A stretch of DNA of 64,000 nt, taken from assembly GCA_964570935.1 (NCBI GenBank), contig CAZMZP010000075.1, positions 19,173 to 83,172 on the forward strand. Direction: 5' to 3'. The stretch comes from an uncultured bacterium. GTDB taxonomy: Bacteria > Eisenbacteria > RBG-16-71-46 > JAFGJU01. The position numbers and the translations under genes are program-made. Positions within the stretch are counted from its first letter, which is position 1. Every line of letters begins with the position of its first letter. Positions 10,105 through 18,599 of this stretch are shown in pieces. Under the pieces are notes generated by a model. That model saw only the letters and a list, made by a program, of their open reading frames with translations, was not told the origin of the DNA and searched no databases.

Positions 10105-10114
10105 GAGGTCCGTC

Positions 10115-10747
10115 ATGCCAGGTTTGGGCACATGGCTAGCTGCATTCTTTACGCTATGCATGCTTAGCTTTCTATACAAGGACAATCCGTTTTTTAGGTT
10201 TGCCGAGAGTTTCTTCGCCGGTCTTTCGCTCGGCTACTACATCGGTATCGTCGCGAACCAGACCATAAAGCCGAATCTGGTGCTCCCGTTGGCGCAGGAG
10301 TTTTCCGCCAACTGGCACCTGCTGTTCGCCGGCGGACTGGGCGTCATGCTGTACTTCCGCTACATAAAGCGGGTGGCCTGGGTGAGCAGGTGGGCGCTGG
10401 CCGTGTACGTTGGCTACTACGTTGGCGTCAACATGATGCAGAAGCTCCACGGAGAGGTACTGCCGCAGGTCGGCGACACGATGCTCTCCCTGAGCTGGAA
10501 CGGTCTCGGGACGCTCTGGAATCTGGTGATGGTGGTGGGCGTGCTCTCAGTGCTCATCTACTTCTACTTCTCCGCCGAGCACAAGGGCGCGATCGGGGGC
10601 GTATCCAGGGTCGGCATCTGGTTCCTGATGGTGTCTTTCGGAGCCGCGTTCGGCTACACGGTGATGGGCCGTATCTCGCTGCTCATAGGCAGGATGGTCT
10701 TCCTGGTGAACGAGTGGGCGCGGCCTTTGATCGGCCTGATCACGTAG
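10115..10747 (+). CDS. Uncharacterised multi-pass membrane protein (module gene D)
   Basis: AGGAGG RBS; LSFLYKDNPFFRFAE; about 6 TM segments. Confidence 0.8.
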   Translation: MPGLGTWLAAFFTLCMLSFLYKDNPFFRFAESFFAGLSLGYYIGIVANQTIKPNLVLPLAQEFSANWHLLFAGGLGVMLYFRYIKRVAWVSRWALAVYVGYYVGVNMMQKLHGEVLPQVGDTMLSLSWNGLGTLWNLVMVVGVLSVLIYFYFSAEHKGAIGGVSRVGIWFLMVSFGAAFGYTVMGRISLLIGRMVFLVNEWARPLIGLIT

Positions 10748-10835
10748 GCCGCGTTACCCGGGTCCGGGTCCGGCCCGCGGACCGGCGGGCAGGGACGCGT
10801 GTGCGCTTCCGGGCTCCGGCCGGAATGGAGGAGGC

Positions 10836-12365
10836 ATGAGTCTAAGCGATGTCCTCGGGGAGAGAATCCCAAGAAGACAGTTTCTGAGACGGACAGTAAA
10901 AGGAGGGATTGTGCTTGTAGGGGCTCCCGTTATGGCGAGCTTTCTCTCGCCGGAGGAAGCCGCCGCCCAGGAGAAAGCGCTGAGTGACGTCTTCAAGAAA
11001 GACGACCTCACCTCGGTTCTCAAAGAGGCCCTGGCCGGTGGAGGCGATTTCGCCGACGTCTACGTAGAGCGGGTGTTCACGACCACGATCAGCTACTCCG
11101 AGAGCAAGGTCCAAAGCGTGAGATACGGGCTGGACAGCGGGGCCGGCGTCAGGGTCATCAAGGGTGACCAGACCGGATACGCGTACTGCGAGGAGTTCAG
11201 CAAGGGCGCTCTCAACAAGGCGGCGCGCACCGCCGGAGAAATCGCGAGCGGACCGGCCAGACAGAAGATCGCCAAGCTGTCCGTCAGGAGCTCCGTGAAT
11301 CACGTCCCGTACACTGTGGATCCCATGACGGTCAGGGAAAAAGAGAAGGTCCGCATGGTGGAAACGGCGGACAGGGCGGCGCGTGAGGTGGACCCGCGGG
11401 TCGCCCAGGTGACGATACTGTACCAGGAGTCCATGAAAAACTTCGTCCTGGCCAACTCCGAGGGCGTCTACGTGAGCGACGAGCTTCCGATGATGTGGTT
11501 CACGATAGACGCGGTGGCCAGGGACGGGGACAAGAGAAGGCCGGGCTACCTCCGGCAGTCGGCCAGAAAGGGTTTCGAGTTCTTCAACGACAACGACCCC
11601 GCGAAGGCGGGCGCGAGAGCGGCCAGGCAGGCCGTGCTCATGCTCGACTCGCGGCCCGCGCCCATGGGCGAGATGCCGGTCGTGCTGGCGTCCGGCGGCG
11701 GCGTGATGTTCCATGAGGCCGTGGGGCACGGCCTGGAAGCCGACGGCGTGAAGAATCAGACCTCCATGTTCACCGGGAAGGTGGGCCAGAAGGTCGGCAG
11801 CGAACACGTCACGCTGCTTGACGACCCCACGCTGCCGAACCTCAGGGGAAGCTACAACTTCGACGACGAGGGAACGCTCGCGCGGAGCAAAGTGCTGATA
11901 GAAAAGGGCGTCCTCAAGGGCTACTTGAACGACCTTCTGACCGCAACGTACCTGGGCGCGGCGCCTACCGGAAACGGCCGGCGTGAGTCCTACAGGGACT
12001 ACCCTCTCGTCAGGATGTCCAACACGTACCTGGCGACGGGCGAGCTCGAGGCAGAGGAGATAATCGCCGCCACGGAGAAGGGGATTTTCGCCAAGGAGCT
12101 CGGTGGGGGAGAAGTGGACACGTCTTCCGGCAACTTCACGTTCGCGGTCCGGGAAGCCTATCTCATAGAGAACGGGAAGTTGGGCGCGCCCATACTCGGC
12201 GCGACACTGATCGGGAACGGGCCGGAAACGATGAAGCGGATCGACATGGTCGGTAACGACATCTCTTACTGGCCGGGCACGTGCGGGAAGGGACAGTGGG
12301 TCCCGGTCACGAGCGGCGCGCCCACTCTCAGAATCGCGCGCATCACAATAGGCGGAAGAGAATAG
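10836..12365 (+). CDS. tldD: TldD family metalloprotease with twin-arginine signal peptide
   Basis: FHEAVGHGLEAD (HExxxH), GSYNFDDEG, GNGRRESY, RMSNTY, C-terminal CGK; N-terminal PRRQFLR...AAA. Confidence 0.92.
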   Translation: MSLSDVLGERIPRRQFLRRTVKGGIVLVGAPVMASFLSPEEAAAQEKALSDVFKKDDLTSVLKEALAGGGDFADVYVERVFTTTISYSESKVQSVRYGLDSGAGVRVIKGDQTGYAYCEEFSKGALNKAARTAGEIASGPARQKIAKLSVRSSVNHVPYTVDPMTVREKEKVRMVETADRAAREVDPRVAQVTILYQESMKNFVLANSEGVYVSDELPMMWFTIDAVARDGDKRRPGYLRQSARKGFEFFNDNDPAKAGARAARQAVLMLDSRPAPMGEMPVVLASGGGVMFHEAVGHGLEADGVKNQTSMFTGKVGQKVGSEHVTLLDDPTLPNLRGSYNFDDEGTLARSKVLIEKGVLKGYLNDLLTATYLGAAPTGNGRRESYRDYPLVRMSNTYLATGELEAEEIIAATEKGIFAKELGGGEVDTSSGNFTFAVREAYLIENGKLGAPILGATLIGNGPETMKRIDMVGNDISYWPGTCGKGQWVPVTSGAPTLRIARITIGGRE

Positions 12366-12392
12366 AAAACGCACGAGAGTTAGCGGAGGACA

Positions 12393-13754
12393 ATGATGGC
12401 TAGAAGTGGTCTGTCCGAGTGGCTGCTGGAACGACTCTCAGACTCGGGAGCCCAGGAGGCGGAGGTCTTCGCCGTCGAAGGCACCACGCTCGAGCTCCGG
12501 GTGAGAGAAGGCAAGCTGGAGCGAATCAGCCAGGCCCAGACCGGCGGCATGGGCATAAGGACGATCGTGAACCGGAAGCTGAGCTTCGTGTACACCTCTG
12601 ACTTCGGCAGGAGCTCTCTCAACGGAGTCGTCGAGAAGGCCGTGGCCCTGGCCCAGCAGGCGACCCCGGACGAGTTCAACCAGCTTCCCGGCGAGAAACC
12701 CAAGAGAGTGGTGATGGACATCTTCGACCCCGAGCTCAGGTCGATCCCCACGAAGCGAAAGACCGAGTACCTGAAGGAGATGGAGGCTGCCGCTCTGGCG
12801 CACGACCCGGCGGTGAAGAAGGTGGACGGCGCGTCATACTTCGAATACTGGGGTCGCGTGGAGGTGGCCAACACGCACGGTCTTTCCTTCGGCTATGACG
12901 CCAGCACGTGCGGAGTCGGTGTGGAGGTCGTGGCGGAGAAGAACGGGGAGATGGAGACCGGCTACGCCGGCTGGAACACCCGCCATTACAGGAAGATTCC
13001 GTCGCCGGCCGCGCTGGGCAAGGAGGCCGCCGGCAAGGCGGTCGCACTGCTGGGAGCCAGACCCGTGGCCTCGCAGAGGGTGCCGGTCGTGTTCTCGCCC
13101 GACGCCGGCTTCGCGCTCCTGGCGGCGCTGAGCGCGGCGCTGCAGGGGGACAACGTCAACAAGAAGGTGTCATACCTCGGAGAACGATTGGGAGAGAAGA
13201 TCGGCTCCGACCTGGTGACGATTCACAGCAACGGTAGGCTGCCGGACGGGCCGGGCAGCATACCGGTCGACGCGGAGGGAGTGGGCACGACCGACCTGGT
13301 GCTTTTCGACAAGGGCGTGCTCAAGAACTTCGCGTACGACTATTCGTCGGCGCTCAGGGCCGGGAAGAAGTCCACCGGCAGCGCGGTGCGCGGGGACTAC
13401 CGCAACGTGCCCGGGATCGGCATGAGCAATTATTACATGGAGAAGGGCGTCAAGAAGCCCGCGGAGGTCATCGGGGACACGCAGAGCGGACTGTACGTCA
13501 TGAAGCTGTCCGGCTGGTGGATGGGCATAAACCCCGCTTCGCCGGAGTTCTCGAGCGCCGCCTCGGGGCGCTGGATACGAAACGGAGAGCTCGCCGAGCC
13601 GGTTTCGCGCGTCACGATTGCCTCGACGCTCCCGGAGATGCTGTCCGGAGTGGATTCGGTAGCCGACGACCTGGAGTTCCGCGACACCACCCGCGTTCCT
13701 ACGTTCAGAGTGAGGGAGATGGCACTTTCGGGTGCGACCGAGGACAAGAAGTAG
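12393..13754 (+). CDS. pmbA: PmbA/TldE family protein
   Basis: Adjacent to tldD; GMGIRTIV, DAEGV, FSSAASGRWIRNGE motifs; no HExxxH and no signal peptide. Confidence 0.88.
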   Translation: MMARSGLSEWLLERLSDSGAQEAEVFAVEGTTLELRVREGKLERISQAQTGGMGIRTIVNRKLSFVYTSDFGRSSLNGVVEKAVALAQQATPDEFNQLPGEKPKRVVMDIFDPELRSIPTKRKTEYLKEMEAAALAHDPAVKKVDGASYFEYWGRVEVANTHGLSFGYDASTCGVGVEVVAEKNGEMETGYAGWNTRHYRKIPSPAALGKEAAGKAVALLGARPVASQRVPVVFSPDAGFALLAALSAALQGDNVNKKVSYLGERLGEKIGSDLVTIHSNGRLPDGPGSIPVDAEGVGTTDLVLFDKGVLKNFAYDYSSALRAGKKSTGSAVRGDYRNVPGIGMSNYYMEKGVKKPAEVIGDTQSGLYVMKLSGWWMGINPASPEFSSAASGRWIRNGELAEPVSRVTIASTLPEMLSGVDSVADDLEFRDTTRVPTFRVREMALSGATEDKK

Positions 13755-13784
13755 TTGATTCGGCGACGCGTCAGTGTATAAGTG

Positions 13785-13821
13785 GGGTCGGAGACGCCGG
13801 GCGTCTCCGACCCTTTCGTTT
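13785..13821 (+). terminator. Rho-independent terminator
   Basis: 13-bp stem GGGTCGGAGACGC-CGG-GCGTCTCCGACCC followed by TTTCGTTT. Confidence 0.85.
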
Positions 13822-13918
13822 GATCGCGGCGGGAATGTTGCGACTGGGGCGCCGTCGCGGCCTTGGGCGTTCCCGCGTCGATTCCGGGCATCACGCATCC
13901 GAACAAAGCGAGGCGAAC

Positions 13919-14419
13919 ATGCAACAGTCACCAATCTTCTTCCCCGACACGGCTGACACGCTCATCTCGCTCGGCAAGCTGCTGTTCGCCCTGGCATGCG
14001 GGGCGGCCATCGGTTGGGAGAGGGAAATCCACGAGAAAGCGGCCGGCCTGCGGACGCACATGCTGGTGTCGGCGGGGGCCTGCCTTTTCGCCATCCTGGG
14101 TCTGAAGTTCCAGCAGAGCGGCCAGCCGGCCGATTTCCTGCGGGTGGCTCAGGGCATCATGATGGGTGTGGGGTTCCTGGCCGGCGGAGTGATCTTCAGA
14201 GAGGGCCCGCTGGTGCGCGGCCTCACGACTGCGGCCGGGCTGTGGGTGATAGCCGCCATCGGTCTTTCGGTCGGGATGGGGGACTTCGCTCTCGCCTTCA
14301 TCGCGACCGTGCTCTGCTTCGTGACCGTGTCGGTCCTCGGGAAGGCCGAGCGCAAGGCCAAGATGCGGCTGGGGGGTGGTCAGGAGCGGCCTGGACACGA
14401 CGCAGGCGGAAAACAGTGA
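13919..14419 (+). CDS. MgtC/SapB family membrane protein
   Basis: IGWERE...AGLRTHMLV, QGIMMGVGFLAGG, GLTTAAGLW. Confidence 0.9.
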   Translation: MQQSPIFFPDTADTLISLGKLLFALACGAAIGWEREIHEKAAGLRTHMLVSAGACLFAILGLKFQQSGQPADFLRVAQGIMMGVGFLAGGVIFREGPLVRGLTTAAGLWVIAAIGLSVGMGDFALAFIATVLCFVTVSVLGKAERKAKMRLGGGQERPGHDAGGKQ

Positions 14420-14491
14420 GCGAGCCTGCGTCGGCAGGGTGGCGCACGTAGAGCGTTGCAGGGCACGTCGCACGCCGCAGGGCACTCGGCG

Positions 14492-15859
14492 CTATCTGAA
14501 GAACACCAGCGTTACGAGCGCGAACAACGGTATCAATATCCCCACCGACCATGCCATGTAGCCGAAGAAGCTCGGCATCTTCACTCTGTGGCTTTCCGCG
14601 ATAGACTTGACCATGAAGTTCGGCGCGTTTCCGATGTACGTGATTGCCCCGAAGAAGACCGCTCCCGCAGAGATGGCCTTCAGAAACGCCGCGAACTGGC
14701 CGCCGCTGGGGTCGGGGAGGACGCCGCAGAGCAATCCGTTGACGCAGGACTCCGGCACGTGGAGCCTGCCAATGGCCAGGTTGAAGAACGTGAGATAGGT
14801 GGGCGCGTTATCCAGGAAGCTGGAAAGGCCTCCCGCAGCCCAGAAATAGTGCGCGGGCTGACTCACGGCCCTTATCAGGAACGCCATGGCCCCGCTCTCT
14901 CCCGCCCTCAGTATGGCCAGAACCGGCAGGATCGTCATGAAGATCCCGGCGAAGAGGTACGCGACCTCGACGATCGGATGCCAGGTGAAGTTGTTGTCCC
15001 TTCTGACGTGCTTACGGGTGGTGCGGAGGGAAAGCACTCCCATCGCGACGATGATGAGGTCCCTTACCAGGTCAGCGGTCTCCATCTCCACCCCGGCTAC
15101 GCTGAACGACCCCGCGTTCCAGACGCCCGACAGCAGGACTGCGCCAAGGATTCCTGCCAGGAACAGCACGTTGTGCCCCCCCTCGAGCCGCAGCACTTCT
15201 TCCTCCTTCCGGGAAACTACCTCCGGCGACTCCCTCCGGTAGTGGAAGCTGTCGATGAGGTAGTGCAGCACCAGCAGGGTCACCGACACCAGAAGCATGA
15301 GGGGAAGGAGATTGAACGTCCATGAGAACGGGACGCCGTGGATGAACCCCAGGAAGAGCGGCGGGTCTCCCAGCGGCGTGAGCGCGCCGCCGATGTTGGC
15401 CACCAGGAATATCAGGAAGATAAACACGTGCTTCTTGCGCTTGCGGGCGGCGTTGGCCCTGAGCAGAGGTCTTATCATCAGCATGGACGCGCCGGTCGTG
15501 CCCATCCAGGAGGCCAGCGCTGTTCCCAGGGCGAGGAAGAGCGTGTTCATCAGGGGCGTGCCCTGGAGCCGGCCGCGCAGGAGGATACCGCCGGACACCG
15601 TGAACAAACCCCACAGCAGTATTATGAACGGGATGTAGTCTATCAGGTAAATGTGCAGTATCTCGCGGGCGGCCGTCCCCTTGAACACTATCAGGAACGG
15701 GATTGCGAACATGGCGGCCCAGAACACGGACACCTTGGGATAGTGGTCCTCCCAGTGCTTGGGAACGATAAGCGGCAGCAGTGCTATTGAGAGCAGGATG
15801 CCCACGAAGGGCAGGCCTGTCCAGAGCGGGAGTAAGGCACCCAGTTGCTCGCTTGTCAC
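14492..15859 (-). CDS. Putative sodium:proton antiporter (IT superfamily)
   Basis: GTG start; multi-TM; IGGALTPLGDPPLFLGF, SSFLDNAPTY, TYIGNAPNFMVKSIAE. Confidence 0.85.
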   Translation of the reverse strand: MTSEQLGALLPLWTGLPFVGILLSIALLPLIVPKHWEDHYPKVSVFWAAMFAIPFLIVFKGTAAREILHIYLIDYIPFIILLWGLFTVSGGILLRGRLQGTPLMNTLFLALGTALASWMGTTGASMLMIRPLLRANAARKRKKHVFIFLIFLVANIGGALTPLGDPPLFLGFIHGVPFSWTFNLLPLMLLVSVTLLVLHYLIDSFHYRRESPEVVSRKEEEVLRLEGGHNVLFLAGILGAVLLSGVWNAGSFSVAGVEMETADLVRDLIIVAMGVLSLRTTRKHVRRDNNFTWHPIVEVAYLFAGIFMTILPVLAILRAGESGAMAFLIRAVSQPAHYFWAAGGLSSFLDNAPTYLTFFNLAIGRLHVPESCVNGLLCGVLPDPSGGQFAAFLKAISAGAVFFGAITYIGNAPNFMVKSIAESHRVKMPSFFGYMAWSVGILIPLFALVTLVFFR

Positions 15860-15948
15860 GCCAGGCTCCGTGCTGTATGAGTGCGATTGCGGCGCGGGCG
15901 AACCGCGCGCCGTTACAAACCAGCCAATACTACATTGTCACAAACAGT

Positions 15949-15977
15949 TTGACCACAGCATATTGTTGTGATATTAT
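15949..15977 (+). promoter_or_regulatory. sigma70 promoter with extended -10, upstream of the metzincin leader
   Basis: TTGACC-17 nt-TATTAT with TG at the extended position, in an AT-rich patch. Confidence 0.65.
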
Positions 15978-16345
15978 AAAGTAAATACGTAAGTTACGCT
16001 GTGGCCTGCCGGATTCTCACCGAGCCCTTGGAACGCCGGGGGAAGCACATTGCCGGGGACTTTCTCACAGACACGGGAGCTCTGCTCTCCGGTTGACGCG
16101 TATGCTGGGTCGCCGTGCAGCTGGCACGGGGACCCTTGTTAGTTTAAGTCGGCAGGCGCCAGGAGCGCGGCTGCTGGCGGGCAAACTCCCCCTGCCGGCG
16201 CAATTGAAACTCACTCATCACGTCGTGCGGCATAACAGCATTTGAAAAGGGAGGTGATTCTCCCGGTCTCTGCCGGACAGTACCCGAAGATTCTCAAACG
16301 CTTGTTCTTGCTGACCTTCCGACGCCTTGAAGGAGGACACAGAGC

Positions 16346-17704
16346 ATGAGAGCCCATTGCTTGATCCTTCTGGTCTGCCTGTTCGCGGTCGCCGTCTGCG
16401 CGGCCCCCGCCGGCGCTGTGGTCGTGAAAAAGGACCTGGCCCAGCTCGGCCAGGAAGCTCACAGCATAATCACCGGAAAGGTCATCGCCGCGGAGTCGAG
16501 ATGGGACGCGGACGACGGCCTCATCAACACGTATGTCACTGTGCGCGTGCGCGAGCACCTGAAGGGCAAGCCCACGGCTTCCGAAGTGGTGATAAGAGTG
16601 CCCGGAGGCGAAGTGGACGACATGGGGTTGGCCGTATCGGACGCCCCGTGGTTTGACCCCGGAGAAGACGTGCTGGTGTTCCTGACCCCGGAGCTCAAGG
16701 GCGCACACTCGGTAGTGGGACTGTACCAGGGCAAGCTCACCATCAAGGACGGCAAGGTCGAAGAGTTCGACCTTCCGGTGGGTGAAGTCCTGAATCACGC
16801 GAAGGGCGGCGTGCCCAACAAAGCCAAGCCCTCTCCTGCCTGCTACAAGCTCTGCGGCTACAACTGGCTGGCCAACGGCTCGTATTCCGGCGGAAAGTGG
16901 GGACCCGGAAACCAGGGTTGGTCCATCAACAACAACAACTCGGACGGCATTACCGACGCCCAGGTCACGACCGCCCTGCGCGGCGGGACGGGCGCCTGGG
17001 ACGGAGCAGGCGCGTGCTGGGCCTTCGGGAACAACGCCGGGAGCGTGACGCACGACAACATAACCGGTCCTTTGCGGAACTCTGTAAACCTTTGTACGTT
17101 CGGCTCAACGGGTGGGTCTGTGGCAACGACGTACACTTGGTACGTAAGAGTGGGAAAGAGCAAGAACACCGTCGAGGTCGACCTTGTGTTCGACGACGGA
17201 TGGCTGTGGCAGTATGAGGCCTGCGGCTCAGGCAGCGCCTTCGACCTCCAGAACGTGGCGGCCCATGAGTTCGGCCACTGGCTGTGCGTGGCCGACCTGT
17301 ACGGGACCGGCGACACAGAGAAGACCATGTACGGCTACGTGGACTACGGCTGGTGCCAGCAGAGGACCCTCCACCAGTGCGACATAGACGCGGCGAAAGC
17401 CATATACGGCGCCTGCGCGGCGGCCATGCCGCTGGCTTCGGCCGGCAGCGCCCAGCCCGGCAGAGCCAGCCTGGGCGAGATCTCCTACTCGCTTCCAGAG
17501 GCGGGGCCGGTGGCCGTGAAGGTGTTTGACATCGCCGGCCGGCTGGTCAGGGTGCTCGCCAACGAGAACCAGGCTGCCGGCGCCCACACGCTGAGATGGG
17601 ACGGTTCGACTCAAGCCGGCAACAGGGTGGCTGCGGGCGTGTATTTCTACAGAGTCGAGACGCTTAGGCAGACCTGGTCCGACAAGCTGATACTGGTAAG
17701 ATAA
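16346..17704 (+). CDS. Secreted matrixin/M10-like metzincin with C-terminal FlgD-Ig domain
   Basis: AAGGAGG RBS; signal peptide; HEFGHWLCVAD zinc motif, Met-turn KTMY; C-terminal IFDIAGRLVR...WDG...GVYFYR-type tail. Confidence 0.82.
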   Translation: MRAHCLILLVCLFAVAVCAAPAGAVVVKKDLAQLGQEAHSIITGKVIAAESRWDADDGLINTYVTVRVREHLKGKPTASEVVIRVPGGEVDDMGLAVSDAPWFDPGEDVLVFLTPELKGAHSVVGLYQGKLTIKDGKVEEFDLPVGEVLNHAKGGVPNKAKPSPACYKLCGYNWLANGSYSGGKWGPGNQGWSINNNNSDGITDAQVTTALRGGTGAWDGAGACWAFGNNAGSVTHDNITGPLRNSVNLCTFGSTGGSVATTYTWYVRVGKSKNTVEVDLVFDDGWLWQYEACGSGSAFDLQNVAAHEFGHWLCVADLYGTGDTEKTMYGYVDYGWCQQRTLHQCDIDAAKAIYGACAAAMPLASAGSAQPGRASLGEISYSLPEAGPVAVKVFDIAGRLVRVLANENQAAGAHTLRWDGSTQAGNRVAAGVYFYRVETLRQTWSDKLILVR

Positions 17705-17741
17705 AGCGATTCAATCAGTTGGGAATCGCCCTGGACGTCCG

Positions 17742-17769
17742 GGGGAGGGCCGGGTTACCGTCCCTCCCC
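17742..17769 (+). terminator. GC-rich hairpin after the metzincin gene (possible terminator)
   Basis: GGGAGGGCCGG-GTTA-CCGTCCCTCCC with one mismatch; weak U-tract. Confidence 0.4.
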
Positions 17770-17792
17770 TCGACTTTATGCCGCAAGAAATG

Positions 17793-17821
17793 TGGACATG
17801 GCTGTGCGGCTGTGCCATAAT
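17793..17821 (+). promoter_or_regulatory. Putative sigma70 promoter of the cytochrome c operon
   Basis: TGGACA-17 nt-CATAAT with extended TG; palindrome TCAGA-GTGAT-TCTGA at 17821-17835. Confidence 0.55.
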
Positions 17822-18004
17822 CAGAGTGATTCTGACCTGAAGTCCTGGCGACACCCTGCCGCGGAACGTCGGATTCATTCCCCCCCTCGTGCGTCTGACT
17901 TTGTAGATGTTCCCGTTCACCGGCGTGGGCCGGTGAGCAGGGTAAGGTCCGGATTCCGTCGAGGTCGTCCGAGCGGTTCCCAAGAGGAGGAGGTAGGCAG
18001 ACAG

Positions 18005-18583
18005 ATGGTAAGATCAAGGTTCTCTTGCTGGACTCTGGCCCTTTCAGTCCTGATCGCGATGGTGTGTGTGGGTCTGGCTGCTGCGGCTGACGAGGCAAAG
18101 ACGGCCGCGACGCAAGCCAGCGCGGATGCCGCGAAACCGGCGGCCGCACCCGCAAAGGCGCAGAAGCACGCGTACGCGGGCCTGGCCAAGTGCAAGATGT
18201 GTCACATGGCCATCTTCAAGGCCTGGTCGGCGACCCCGCACGCCAAGGCGTTCGCCGCGCTGGACAGCACGAAGAAGCAGGACCAGGACCCCAAGTGCGT
18301 CAAGTGCCACGTAACTGGTTTCGAAAAGGGCGGATACACGATCGGAAAGCCCGCCACGGCAGGCTTCAAGGGAGTCCAGTGCGAAGCGTGTCACGGACCG
18401 GGCGCCGACTACATGAAAGTGATGAAAGACCCCGTCAAGGCGAAAGCGGCCGGCATGATCACTCCAACGCAGGAAGTGTGCGTGGGATGCCACAGCAAGG
18501 AAAGCCCGACCTTCAAGGGCTTCGACTACGCTGCGTACCTGGCCAAGGGTGTGCACAAGGTCCCGAAAGAAACCAAGAAATAG
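18005..18583 (+). CDS. Exported tetraheme cytochrome c (c554-like)
   Basis: GAGGAGG RBS; signal peptide; CKMCH, CVKCH, CEACH, CVGCH. Confidence 0.9.
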   Translation: MVRSRFSCWTLALSVLIAMVCVGLAAAADEAKTAATQASADAAKPAAAPAKAQKHAYAGLAKCKMCHMAIFKAWSATPHAKAFAALDSTKKQDQDPKCVKCHVTGFEKGGYTIGKPATAGFKGVQCEACHGPGADYMKVMKDPVKAKAAGMITPTQEVCVGCHSKESPTFKGFDYAAYLAKGVHKVPKETKK

Positions 18584-18599
18584 CGTCTATAAGAATCGC

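Noticed and set aside
16000-16035. Minus-strand AAGGGCTCGGTGAGAATCCGG resembling part of a cobalamin riboswitch
   Set aside because: The B12-box and downstream CCCGC.ACTGT elements are missing; only a fragmentary match
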